Positions 1 through 10,774 of a stretch of DNA of 32,000 nucleotides are shown here, piece by piece. The stretch is from Mycobacterium leprae TN. Its GTDB lineage: Bacteria > Actinomycetota > Actinomycetes > Mycobacteriales > Mycobacteriaceae. Where the stretch lies: the NCBI RefSeq assembly GCF_000195855.1, contig NC_002677.1, positions 3,180,001 through 3,212,000 on the forward strand, in the 5' to 3' direction. Under the pieces are notes generated by a model. That model searched no databases. It saw only the letters and a program-made list of their open reading frames with translations, and was not told the DNA's origin. The translations under genes and the position numbers were made by a program. Every line of letters starts with the position of its first letter. Positions within the stretch are counted from its first letter, which is position 1.

Positions 1-269
1 ATCCTCGGTAGAGGCAGATAGTTGCTATGTTGCTGTACTCCGGTAGCCGGTGCGAAATCGCACCCCACTATCACCTGATAACGCTCTTATGAACCGTCAC
101 TGTAGTTGGCGTTGCCAACATCAAGTCGAGGTCGTCTCGAAGCAAAGCTATTACCGCAAGATCAGCGGTGGAAAGCTCAGCGATTGCGTACGACGTACCA
201 AAGTTGCTGTTCACACCTAAGCAACTTGGCTGGCAGAGTCATTGACGTTAATCAACACTAATTGTTTTG

Positions 270-1965
270 CTTTGCGACAAGTTATGGCTTTCTCATCATA
301 CACGGACAACTGGAACCAGTAGAACCCGTGCCTCAGCCAGAGTCAATAGATAGGGTTAGGTGGCCGGAACACGGAAACTCCACCTACCCGGTAAGCTGGA
401 CCGGCGTGTAGCCGTTCCAATACGGCAGATTGAGTTCGATGAGTTGTGAGAACAGCGGCAAGCGATGAGTTGTGAGAACAGCGGCAAGTTGTTGACGCTC
501 AGCACAGTGTCGCCATCACCAGCTGTTTTGCCTACAAAAGACGATACTGGCGAATGCGAACCGTGTAACTCCTGGAAAGCTTCAATGGCAACGTCATCAT
601 GCTGTCGACGAACTGTCAGCATTATACTATGAATACTGGGGTGAAGTTGAGCACCGAGGCAGAACTTATAGCGTTACTTCTCCAACACTGACAACGTGGT
701 AGCGGTAGACCGAATCTTGGCTGGATAGGCAGATAAAGCCGCTCCGGGTTAGCCTTAGATAATCGGGCATTGCGGACCAATGTCTTTCCTATAATTGAGT
801 GGCATGCACTCCGTCGTGATCTCCCCAACCATCTCACGTCACTCTAGTACAGGACCGGCTAGCCGGGCAACAACAGTAGAGCGAGTAGAGCGGTGAACAG
901 CTCGATTTGGTTACGGTCGCTATCCAGCAGTGGTGCCAGGCTGCGCCAGCTTCCGACATTCGCCTTCATCCGTGGCTCCTTGGCGTATTCGGCATACATG
1001 TAGTCGCGTTCTTCATCGGTGACCATTTCCAGTGGCAACTCGTCGTAGTTGCGCAGGAAAATCTCCCACTGAGCCATCTTTGGAACTGCCGGCGTCTGCG
1101 CCAGGATCTTCGAGATCGGGAACCACGACTACCCCAGCCGCGGCGACATGAAGATACGCGGCATCAGCTGGCAGTAAAACGCCATATGGCCATACGGCAT
1201 TAGTCACCACCGGCGGCGGGCATCACCGAACTACAAGACCAAATCGGACGGCCACTGATTAGCTTCTTAGCTTCGTCCAGCAGTACCTGTCCCAGGAATT
1301 TGTCGTCGTCGACCACTTTGCTACCGCGCTTAAGGAAAGCATGCTTCTCGGAAAAATTCTCGCAATTGGCACAAATCGAGCTCGAAGAGGTAGGGCACCA
1401 CTTCCAGCTGAACCCCGTCGATGAACATGACAAGTCAAAAGAGGAGAAAATCGATCCTCGCTTCTTGCACGTTCACATTGTCGTAGTTCAGATCCGGTTG
1501 GTGATAAAAGAAAGATATGCCAATAGCACTTGGTAGCGGACCGGGTCGAACGTCCAGTTAGACTCTTCGCTGTCGACAAAGATGATTCGAGCTTAGACGT
1601 ATTCGCAGAATGCGGGCAGCACCTTATATGAAATACCGTATATCGTAGCAGACATCATGCAGCGGGGAGTCATAGAACAGCAGAAGCCAGATGTAGTCGA
1701 TGCCGAGCTATTGCCGGTAATGCAAGCGGTCTATTGAGTCCCCGCAGATCGACCAGCACCGGCGGAACTAACGTAGTAGAACGCCCGGACCAATCCCTCG
1801 TAAAAGACAACTTGCTCGAATCAAGTCGAGTCTACAGTCGGTACAACAGCGTTACCGAAATCCTCGGCACTCGGATGCTCGACTACACCCCCTTCGACGT
1901 GACTGTCGCCGCAGGATGCTGCTCACCAGCCTCAACGAGATGGACTTCGTTGATCAATGAACCCA
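270..1965 (-). pseudogene. treS: Decayed trehalose synthase (TreS) pseudogene, several frameshifts/stops
   Basis: Minus-strand fragments in shifting frames follow TreS order: 'GSHVEGGVVEHPSAEDFGNAV' (~1900), 'LIDRLHYRQ*LGIDYIWLLLFYDSPLHD' (~1700), 'IIFVDSEESNWTFDPVR' (~1570), 'NCENFSEKHAFLKRGSKVVDDDKFLGQVLL' (~1330), '[42 protein letters not shown]' (~1077-950), 'MLTVRRQHDDVAIEAFQELHGSHSPV' (622-540), 'WNGYTPVQLTG*VEFPCSGH' (~420-360). Confidence 0.93.
438..489. repeat. Perfect tandem duplication, 2 x 26 bp (CGATGAGTTGTGAGAACAGCGGCAAG)
   Basis: Copy 1 is 438-463 and copy 2 is 464-489, identical by eye; lies inside the treS pseudogene. Confidence 0.95.
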
Positions 1966-2073
1966 CAATGCCACAGATACCCGAGGCAAGACACCCTGGG
2001 ATCAGGCCTGAGATCAAGCATCGCTCCAAGCGAATTGGCTGGCCGGCAGGCCGCGCCACTATCCGACCGGATG

Positions 2074-3138
2074 TCAAGCTGGAGGTCCCTCCGCTAACGT
2101 CACATTCGCGGTGAGGTCACCGCCGCCAGCAGAGCGATAGTTCACCGCAACGGTTTCCCCAGGATGATGCGGCACGAGCACATTCGTCATAGCGGTGGCC
2201 TCGCTGATGGGTACACCGTCGACCGACGTGATGATGTCACCTACCGAAATCCCAGCCATCGCGGCTGGACCCGTCGCGACCACACGGGCAACCCGTGCGC
2301 CGTTGCCGTTGTTGTCTAAAACGCCCAGGCCAAAGAAGGCCGTCGGGCCTATGTGTACGGTGTTTGACCCAGCCCCGGACCGGATGGCACCGACGACCTC
2401 CATCGCCTGACCAATCGGAATGGCGAAGCCCTGCCCACCCAACATCTTGTAGTTATCGGTAGCAGCAGTGTTCATGCCGACCACCTGACCTCGGCTGTTG
2501 ACGACGGGCCCGCCCGAATCGCCGGGTTTGATCGGGGCGTCGACCTGGATTAGTCCGGACAACGTCTCTTGGGCGCCGGTCAGGGGTTCAGACGCTTGGA
2601 CGGTCTGGTTAAGTGCTACGACACGACCCGGCAACACGCTGGGAAGTCCACCCTGGCCGCCCGTGTTGCCCAGAGCCACAATCGGTTCGCCGATCGCCAC
2701 GTCACCACCGATTACTGCGGTAGGCAGGTTACTCGCGCCACGAAGCTGGAGCACCGCGACGTCCTGGGTACGGTCGTAACCAACCACGTCGACGCCGTAA
2801 GTTTTGCCATTTCCGACATCGAACGCACTGATATCGGTAGCACCCGAGATCACGTGATTATTGGTCAGCACGACACCGCTGGAATCGATAACGATTCCCG
2901 TCCCGGCTCCCACCGCGCTGTTGTAGCCTAATCTAGTGCTGATATTGACCACCTGAGGCGCAACCATCGCGGCGGGATTGAGCGGCAGGGGTGGCCGGTT
3001 GCTGAACCGATCGAGCGCCAAAGTGGACGGTCCAGACGGTGTGGCTGACCCTGGAACCACGGCTAGACTCAGACCTAGCGCAGCTAATGTACTTACCAGC
3101 CATGACCGCCAGAGTGAACGGTGGGGTTGTCTGCTCAT
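2074..3138 (-). CDS. pepA: Secreted trypsin-like serine protease with C-terminal PDZ domain (PepA/HtrA family)
   Basis: 354 aa intact ORF with signal-peptide-like N-terminus. Catalytic contexts 'VLTNNHVISGA', 'YDRTQDVAVLQL', 'KPGDSGGPVVNSRGQVVGMNTA'; PDZ-like 'GPAAMAGISVGDIITSVDGVPI'; very close to M. tuberculosis PepA from memory. Confidence 0.95.
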   Translation of the reverse strand: MSRQPHRSLWRSWLVSTLAALGLSLAVVPGSATPSGPSTLALDRFSNRPPLPLNPAAMVAPQVVNISTRLGYNSAVGAGTGIVIDSSGVVLTNNHVISGATDISAFDVGNGKTYGVDVVGYDRTQDVAVLQLRGASNLPTAVIGGDVAIGEPIVALGNTGGQGGLPSVLPGRVVALNQTVQASEPLTGAQETLSGLIQVDAPIKPGDSGGPVVNSRGQVVGMNTAATDNYKMLGGQGFAIPIGQAMEVVGAIRSGAGSNTVHIGPTAFFGLGVLDNNGNGARVARVVATGPAAMAGISVGDIITSVDGVPISEATAMTNVLVPHHPGETVAVNYRSAGGGDLTANVTLAEGPPA

Positions 3139-4035
3139 CCCGTAATCTCCCGCATCCAGCTAAGAACTAGAATTGTTCCAACCTTCGGTTCTGGGTGGCA
3201 TGACTTTGTGTATATCAAGCTAGTGCAAATTGCTGTCGGCTACACATTTGGGATATCGCTCCGGCCGGCGAAGAACGGAACGCTGAGGTTGCTGTCAAAC
3301 GATCAGCTGTGCTGACGTAACGGGGTTAAGTGAGGTCGCGCCGGGCGGGGAGATTCCCCTCACCTTAAGGTCGGCTCAGTGCTACACACAAGCCGATGGT
3401 TCCCCCTGTATATTGTCGTCCCACTCAAGACGGTCGTGGTATCGGTCCGAGCAACAATCATCTACATCGTAAACCCCGCGGTCTGTTGTCACACGATTGT
3501 AGTAGCTGAGCCGGGTCACGATACCAGCGTCCTCGTCGACTTCGAGAGCGGATTGCTAAACACGTGTGTGATTCGGGGTGTGCTATCGGGATAAAGCATG
3601 ATCAGTGACTTCCAGATCGCCAGTAGCCGGGTGGCATTGACTGTGCCGTCGGCCTGATGCGGATATCGGCAGGCTCGAAGAGAGCGACCGCCCCCGCCAG
3701 GTCGTGACTGTCGATACGTGCGGCATAGTGACAGAGGAAGTTTGCCATCTGAGTACAACTCTCCAGGCCGTTAACCTAGTGTGGCCCTACCTACACCGAC
3801 ACTGTACGGGAATTCGACCCGACGAGCTGACGTCCCCCGGCAGACCCGGGTCAACCAACGCAAGCCAGTGCTACGGCCCAGTCATTGGTACCCGGCCAGC
3901 AGCCTTGTGTTAGGCAGTCGCTGATGGGAAAGCTGTTTACCGCATACTGTTAGATGGGACACATACTTATGTAGGGCGTGTGTAATGGCCCCGGAAAACT
4001 ACGAAAAGGAAAAGATCTATAGCGGACAGGAGTGA

Positions 4036-5325
4036 ATGGATCCCCGAAACACGGTAGTCGTTCCCACCGCGAGCAGCCCCAACAACGTTCGCAATGTGGT
4101 TCTGGTCGGTCCGTCCGTAGCTGGTAAGACCACCTTCGTCGAAGCACTACCGATCGCGGCCAGCCTGTTACCCAGACCGGGCACAGTGGTGTACGACAGT
4201 ACGGTCTACAACTACGGCGAAGCTGAAATCTGTCAGCAGCGGTCAGTGGGGCGTTACCCTGACTTCATCTACTTATACGACAGCATCAAGGTCAACCCCG
4301 TCGACGCACGCCCGGATACACCGATTTTGTGGGCGAGCTGCGAGCCGCAGATTGCACGCCGTTCGTCATCGCGGCAAACCAGGGCTTCGGTGGATAGTCC
4401 TCGATCCGCAGCAATCACTAAGCTCGGCCACTCCCAAGATGAATTATCAGGAGACACTTTCTGCCGCAAAAAACACGTTCAAGAAAGAAATATACCACTT
4501 TCCTTCCTACTGAAGACGACCTGATCGGATTGTTGTCACAGACCTGCGATCGATTACAATGGCGGCCCAGAGCAACGGACGCCAACGACCCGTCGGACGC
4601 CGATCGTACCCGAGCAAGCGCGCGACACCCTGATTGAAGGAATTCTCTAGGAATCCGAGGATGAGTCGCTGGTGGAACATTCAAGGACAAAATTCTTCAC
4701 ACCGAAGGGTTCGCTGGGTTCGCTGCACGTCTAGCTGGCTTGTAGCGCTAACGGTAGTTACTTGCAGAGGAGGTGAAGACGACGTCAGACCCTACGGTCG
4801 GCAGGGTCGTCCTGGTACAGATGTTTTCCGAGACCACCAACCCTGACACGATAGTTCACATGTCGCGCGATTTTGCTGTGCTTCGAGTTCGGATAACAGC
4901 GCGCAAGCATCTGGGCAGAGTGACCGTGACAAGGATAAACGTATCGGGGTCCTTGCATTCCCACTCAGCGGTCAGCAGCACTCCGCGCCCGTGGCGGTAG
5001 TGGGCGACATCTGAGTGATCAGCAAACTAGTACGAGCCGGCTACCCGGTGGTCGACGTCCGAGTCACACCGCTGGACGGTAAAGCACACAGCGTCGCCCC
5101 TTCGGACTTAGCATTCCCGGCGGCGAGTGCGGTGGCCTTACGGAAAACGGCAGCTGCGATGACGGTTACCTTGCTCGAGCCGATCGACGAGATCTCTGTG
5201 CTGATATCCGATGATGTCGTAGACGCGGCGATGGGAAGAACCAACGCAAATGATTCAATTCACATACGACGTCGTGTTATTCACCCGCTATGAACCTATG
5301 CAGGAATCCGCAACGTCCTGGGTGA
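4036..5325 (+). pseudogene. fusA2: Decayed elongation factor G-like protein (FusA2) pseudogene
   Basis: 'VRNVVLVGPSVAGKTTFVEAL' (P-loop), 'AEICQQRSVG', 'AAITKLGHSQ', then 'MKTTSDPTVGRVVLVQMFSETTNPDTIVHMS' (4773 on), then 'ISKLVRAGYPVVDVRVTPLDGKAHSVAPSDLAFPAASAVALRKTAAAMTVTLLEPIDEISVLISDDVVDAAMG' (5015 on) and 'TRYEPMQESAT' (~5285). Order and content match FusA2, with frameshifts and deletions. Confidence 0.92.
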
Positions 5326-5859
5326 ATACCACGCATGTAGACGTGTATTTATTATAAAATATTGACGATTAGCGAATTTCTCGCCCACAGACTGCCAAAC
5401 ATTTTGTCGTCTTGGGTCCGCTGACCGCCATTTTGGTGATCCGTTGCGTGCTATGGACCGCAACGCGACGGCGACTGATCTAGCTGGTTCTGGTACTTAC
5501 CGGCGGTACTCTAATACCTTGATATCTTGATCCCATTGACCAAACGCGCGAGTCTGATGGTTAGATGGTTAAAATCCGGATCGCCCTGTCCATCACCTTG
5601 CGGATTCACAAAGAACTCGGCGAAACCTTGATCTACATCTCCTTGCACCGCTGGTAGCCGTGTTCGCTTTGCTAACCACTGTCCATATTCGCCGGACAAG
5701 CGGACAAACGGTGAAATGTACTTTGCACGAGACTGATCGGAGTTCTGGTGATCGCTGACGCTGTGGCCACACTGGTCCAGACCTATCACATCGACGATGT
5801 GGGTGCGTGCAGACCGAGTGGGAAAACGTGGCTTCGAACGTAACTGGGTCCTCACATCC

Positions 5860-7506
5860 TCACCCCCGATGAGCGAACTGTTCGGCCACGGCGCGGCGGT
5901 CGAGCGAACCTTTGGCGGTGTGCGGAAGCGCGCTCGCCTCCTGAAATCTGGTGGGCACTTCGAAGGCCGCCAACCGATCACGGCAGAACACCGCAAGCTC
6001 CGACGGAGTCGGTGCTATGACCTCGCGAGGAACAATCACTGCGGTCACTGTCTCCCCGTACACCTTGTCAGGATCACCAAATACCGCTACCTCCATAACG
6101 TTGTGGTGACTGGCCAATACACCTTCGACGCGCTCCGGCGAGATCTTCTCGCCGGAGCGGTTTATGAGTTCCTTGATCCGGCCACGGATCCTCAGGTCAC
6201 CGGTTACCGACAGTGACCCCAGATCACCGGTACGCAACCATCCGTGGGTGAAGTTCGCTGCGGTTATCGCCGGATCACCCAGATACCCACGCACCACTGT
6301 GGAGCCACGCAACCAAACCTCCCCTACGGTATCCGGGGGGAGGGGTTGACCGTCGGACCCGACGATGCGGATCTGTACGCCAGTTGACTGACCGACAAGA
6401 CCGTTTGTTACGGTGGGATTCTCCCCTTGGCCGAACCATTTTATATTTGTGGTTGTCACCTGGTGAGTGGCCTCGGTCATGCCGAAAGCACATATCACCG
6501 GCGCCAAGAACTCTTCACGCAGCGCTTGCGCCGTTTCCTGGGTAAGGGGCGCACTGCAACTGCGGATAAAGCGGAGTTTGGCTCGCTTACTCCGGAAAGA
6601 TTGAGTAGAAGCGAGTTCCAACAAGATCCGATGAATCGCCGGCGCGGCCGTGTACCAAGTAGCCGCAACGGCATCGATGTCGTCCCAGAATGTGCGCGCC
6701 GAGAACCGCGCGCGAGCAGGGAGCAACACCACACCTCCAGATGCCAGGGTCGACAGCAACGCAGCAATGAGCCCATGACCATGGTAGAGGGGCATCACCA
6801 CGACAGTCGCATCCTGTGGGCCGAGCTGGTACGCGGTAATGATGGCGTGAACGGAACCGGCGATATTCCCGTCTGTCCACGGGACCATCTTCGGCAAACC
6901 CGTCGTTCCTCCAGTGAACATGATCATAGCGTCATCGTGCCGGAGCCCGTCAGGCGTCGAAGTGACTGGATGCAACGCCGCAGTGTCGTCCAGGTGGACC
7001 AACAAGCTGCCTTCCGAAGCGCCTGTGACGCTACCGTAGGAAACCGCAATCGGCCAGTAGCGCATCGTCGCTGCTCGCTGGTCGCTAACGCCTTCAAGGG
7101 CAAGACTGTCCACCAATGTCACTCGCACGCCCGCTGCTTGGCTCCGGATGCATTGCTCATTGACAGGTAGAGCCGGATCTAACGGCACCACAATCAGGCC
7201 GGCTCGCGACGCCGCTAGTAAGCCTACAACGAATTCAATGTTGCTAGCCGCGCACAGCGCTACCCGATCGCCAGGCAGCAGGCCACCCAGCGCCAGCTGG
7301 ACGGTCAAATCATCGACCAGTCGGAGCAAATCTCGGTAGCTCACCACTATGCGATTGTCGGTCACGACAAGCGCTGGCGCGCTTGGATTCCGAATTGCTG
7401 CCGCCTCGACCAAGCTGGCGATACTCGGGCTTTCGAATTGGCCAGTCAGCCTCGCATCTATCTGTTCAACCGGAGCTCTGCTGCTGGTAATCGACTCCGA
7501 TTTCAT
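5860..7506 (-). CDS. fadD7: Acyl-CoA synthetase / AMP-dependent ligase (FadD7-like; related to oxalyl-CoA-type ligases)
   Basis: 548 aa intact ORF with 'MIMFTGGTTGLPKMVPW' (P-loop-like A3), 'CAFGMTEATHQV' (A5), 'GWLRTGDLGSLSVTGDLRIRGRIKELINRSGEKISPERVE' (A7/A8), 'LPHTAKGSLDRR' (A10-like region); neighbourhood conserved with M. tuberculosis fadD7. Confidence 0.92.
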   Translation of the reverse strand: MKSESITSSRAPVEQIDARLTGQFESPSIASLVEAAAIRNPSAPALVVTDNRIVVSYRDLLRLVDDLTVQLALGGLLPGDRVALCAASNIEFVVGLLAASRAGLIVVPLDPALPVNEQCIRSQAAGVRVTLVDSLALEGVSDQRAATMRYWPIAVSYGSVTGASEGSLLVHLDDTAALHPVTSTPDGLRHDDAMIMFTGGTTGLPKMVPWTDGNIAGSVHAIITAYQLGPQDATVVVMPLYHGHGLIAALLSTLASGGVVLLPARARFSARTFWDDIDAVAATWYTAAPAIHRILLELASTQSFRSKRAKLRFIRSCSAPLTQETAQALREEFLAPVICAFGMTEATHQVTTTNIKWFGQGENPTVTNGLVGQSTGVQIRIVGSDGQPLPPDTVGEVWLRGSTVVRGYLGDPAITAANFTHGWLRTGDLGSLSVTGDLRIRGRIKELINRSGEKISPERVEGVLASHHNVMEVAVFGDPDKVYGETVTAVIVPREVIAPTPSELAVFCRDRLAAFEVPTRFQEASALPHTAKGSLDRRAVAEQFAHRG

Positions 7507-7834
7507 CGCCGCACTCCTTACGCCTTCTTCGATATGAACAGCGTTTCTCTTCAGAAAACCATGCCACGCAGTTTTGTCATGCGTCCAATAACCACCCGAT
7601 AATGCTTGATAGCGAATACCATTGAAACGGCAATAATACGCCGACTAACAGGTAAATATAGTCCTTCGATAGACGACGTGGATCACCGCACAGCGGCTTA
7701 GGCTTGGACAGCGACGAGTCCGCCAAATCAGTGTGATTACATCAAAGCCGTTGCGGATCGCCTACAGCCCGCCTAGACGCACACGATGTAGTCGATTCTT
7801 AACATGCCCCTCCCTGGCAGCGAAGCGGCGACAA

Positions 7835-9330
7835 GGGCGAAAAGCGCGCGTTTGACCGCGTTGTGGATCCGCTCAAGGTCAACGGCATCGAAACAATCTA
7901 CAGGGTCGTTGGTATCCCGATCACCGACCTCGTGCGTATCGCGTAGGTGCTTGGAATCCGCCACATCAGCTTCCGTCAGAAGACCTCTGTCCAACGCCGT
8001 GCCGCTGCTGGATTCCTCGTCCGACGCCCGTGTGTGTCTAATTGGAATGGTGGCGGCACCCGGCTTCCTCAACAGCCTAGTTGCCTTGGCAAACGCCACG
8101 ATTAATTGCTTTACGCTGATCCAGACCTAGGGTGCAAGCAATCAAGCGCTGGTGGATCGGCATTAAGAAGATTACGATGACCTCGACCAGCTCAACGCTG
8201 TAAAGCCTTTCGCGAAGGCGACATCCCGGATTGACCAAGCAAGAACAGGGCGCGCCATTTGCGTTTCAGTGTTGGGCTTCCCGGGCACCGCTTACCTCGA
8301 TATCCCTCGGTTATACGATGGTCTCGGTCCTTGTGCTCCCGGCCGCATCCGACACAATTTTCCAGTTCGTCAATCTCGCGCCCCGTCAGCTGTCGGAGCC
8401 GGAATCGGTTGATCGCGCATTGAACGCGTTGGCACAGGAGTAGCCCCGGCTGTTCGTACTCAAGCTTATGCACAAGCAGACAACATGATGCAAGCCATGT
8501 CGAAGATGTCTTGAGAAGACATCCACGTGGATGTTGATGGCCAAAGGGCTATCGCCCAACTCCATACCCGCAGTCCGCTACCGCCGCGCGTTCGCTGGCC
8601 ATCGTAAGCAAGTGCAGGATTGGCCGGGTCAACGCCCGGCTGAACTGGCTTATCGGCGACGGTGAATCGCCGCAGTGGCATACTGATGCAAAATTTGTTT
8701 TTATTCAAGTCGATTTGTTTTTATTCAGATTGATATCGCGGTGGCGGAGTTCGGCAGCGGCCGGCTGATCGCGTCGCCACTGGACAGCTAAGTTGGTGCG
8801 GGGAGGTCGATGCTACTCAACGGCGCGACTACGAGTCGGATCGTCGCTCCCACATATTGGACCAACGAGCTGGCCAGATCACAAAACAGCAAACGGAGTC
8901 AAAATCCGCCAGTGTCTGGCCGACGATATCTCATCCAATGCATTTCGACAACGCACTGAACGTCATTCGCGATGTTCCGCACAATCGCTCGATCTGTGTC
9001 TCGACCACCGGAGCCCATATACTCGCCCCGGCCAGTAAATTCCTCAAGATAGAGAAGCCAGCACCGACTTGACACGGAAACCTGGGACGTGATGGGTATC
9101 GGCATGGGCTATGCTATTGCCGACGCGGTCCCCTCATCAACCTACAACATCGATTTGACTAAACGCTCGCGCCACAACGTAATCGAAGAAGTCTTCGGCA
9201 GTCAAGTATATTATCTCATAACACTTTATTAGCTGCGGTCGATGCTAACCGAAGCGATCACATCGAACGGATTATCAATCGTTGACTTCGAGCTCGTGGC
9301 ATCCAACCGTGGAGGTGAAAAACGGACGCC
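7835..9330 (+). pseudogene. oxcA: Decayed oxalyl-CoA decarboxylase (TPP-dependent) pseudogene
   Basis: Plus-strand fragments: 'GIETIYRVVGIPITDLVRIA' (~7880), 'APGFLNSLVALANATINCFTLIQT' (8060-8130), 'YDDLDQLNAVKPFAKA' (~8175), 'VNARLNWLIGDGESPQW' (~8630), 'LDTETWDVMGIGMGYAIADAV' (~9070, TPP-binding region). Same order as OxcA, with multiple stops/frameshifts. Confidence 0.9.
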
Positions 9331-9374
9331 TCGCGCGCCTCAAACCCACGAACGCCGCAATGCCGCAATATCGG

Positions 9375-10307
9375 TCAGCGTCTACGAGTGATTCCCGCTA
9401 ACTGAGCTTCAAAAAATTCGTTCAACGCCAGTTGCTTGGCGGATGCGACGAGCGCACGGGCTACCGGAGAACCTGGCCCGGCGGAGTTGGTGGCGAGTGC
9501 GACGTCGGCTTTCAGAACCGGATCAACCATTTCTACCGCACGGATCTCTGCGCCTATCGGCGTCGTCCACAGCCAGGTGTGCGGAACAATGCACGCCCAA
9601 TTTCCAGTCGCCACTTGAGCGAATAACGAAGCGACAGAGTCGGTCTCTACTTGCGGGGTAGCAGTGATCGCGTGACCAGCAAAGGCCCTATCAATAAGCT
9701 GGCGGTCTCGCATGTCGGGCGTGAGTAAAGCCAGCGGCAGCTGCGAGGCTTCTGGCCATGCCAACACCGACGCCCCAGGCGGCAACATATCCGCCGGCGA
9801 TACCAACACGTAATGTTCATGGTAAAGCGGCACCAGGTCCACAGCGTGAGTGTCGTCAGGCGCGGAGTGTACGATGACGGCATCGAGCTCAAAATCGCCC
9901 AGCCGTCGGTGCAGTTCAGTGACAGGCAGTCGGGAGCAGATTTGCACTTTTATCAATGGGTGCTCCGAACAAAAAGCCGAGAGGACCAGGGACGCTGTCG
10001 TCGAGGCAGTAGGCACCGTGCCTAATCGAAGCGTACCAGTGATCCCGGACCGCACTGCATGCACCTCTGCCTTGAATGCATCGTGTTCGGCGAGAATACG
10101 CTTGGCCCACACGACCAGGCGCTCCCCTTCGGGCGTTAGGCCCTCAAAGCTGTGCCCCCGGTTAATCAGTGTGACGTTCAGCTCACGTTCGAGTTTGGCG
10201 ATCGCGGATGAGAGCGCAGGTTGCGAAACGTAGCACCTTTCGGCCGCTCTGGCGAAGTGCCGCTCCTGGGCTACCGCGACGAAGTACTCCAGTTGACGGA
10301 AGAGCAC
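9375..10307 (-). CDS. oxyS: LysR-family transcriptional regulator (OxyS-like)
   Basis: 310 aa intact ORF with an N-terminal LysR winged-helix signature 'LEYFVAVAQERHFARAAERCYVSQPALSSAIAKLERELNVTLINR'. Located between the oxcA remnant and ldtA and divergent from ldtA, as in M. tuberculosis. Confidence 0.93.
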   Translation of the reverse strand: MLFRQLEYFVAVAQERHFARAAERCYVSQPALSSAIAKLERELNVTLINRGHSFEGLTPEGERLVVWAKRILAEHDAFKAEVHAVRSGITGTLRLGTVPTASTTASLVLSAFCSEHPLIKVQICSRLPVTELHRRLGDFELDAVIVHSAPDDTHAVDLVPLYHEHYVLVSPADMLPPGASVLAWPEASQLPLALLTPDMRDRQLIDRAFAGHAITATPQVETDSVASLFAQVATGNWACIVPHTWLWTTPIGAEIRAVEMVDPVLKADVALATNSAGPGSPVARALVASAKQLALNEFFEAQLAGITRRR

Positions 10308-10774
10308 CCGTACCTCCTCCCTTTGGGTACCAATCTCGCTGAGGCTAACGCGTCGCTACCAGCCCATCCAACCTACCCACTCGAAGCAACCGCAAATAGA
10401 TTTCTAACAGCCAGGCGTTAGCTCGGTATTAGCGGACAGGTGGCGATGTTGAAACTACGAATACTTATGTGTTGCTGCTATTTTCACCACACGGAGACCA
10501 AGGCCTGCCAAGTTCGGAGTGCTGCGAACAGAAGAAAATTTGTGTTTCAGTTCAACAACATTGAGCAATGACTCAACGATAAGCAATGAGCTATTATTGT
10601 CTAGCACGCCGATCCACACAAGGTACGCACCAACCGCCCCTCATGCTGGGACAGTGCGCAAAAGACTACCCGAACAAATTAATCAACGTTTGCTAAAACC
10701 TGTAATGGGTAGATGGCCACTAAACTAACTAGAGTAACGTTGTGTTGACCGCACCATCTCGAAGGGCGGAAGCC

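Noticed and set aside
3140-4030. Possible remnant of a flavin/F420-type gene or PE/PPE-like gene between pepA and fusA2
   Set aside because: Mtb synteny suggests genes should be here (Rv0121c-Rv0124), but no fragment was convincing enough to name.
5511-7537. ORFs antisense to fadD7 (5797..6216 +, 6427..7170 +, 247 aa) and the overlapping 5511..5996 -
   Set aside because: The 247 aa ORF is long but fully antisense to motif-bearing fadD7, with Arg/Pro-rich composition typical of a shadow frame. The 5511..5996 ORF has no recognisable motif and mostly covers the intergenic/3' region.
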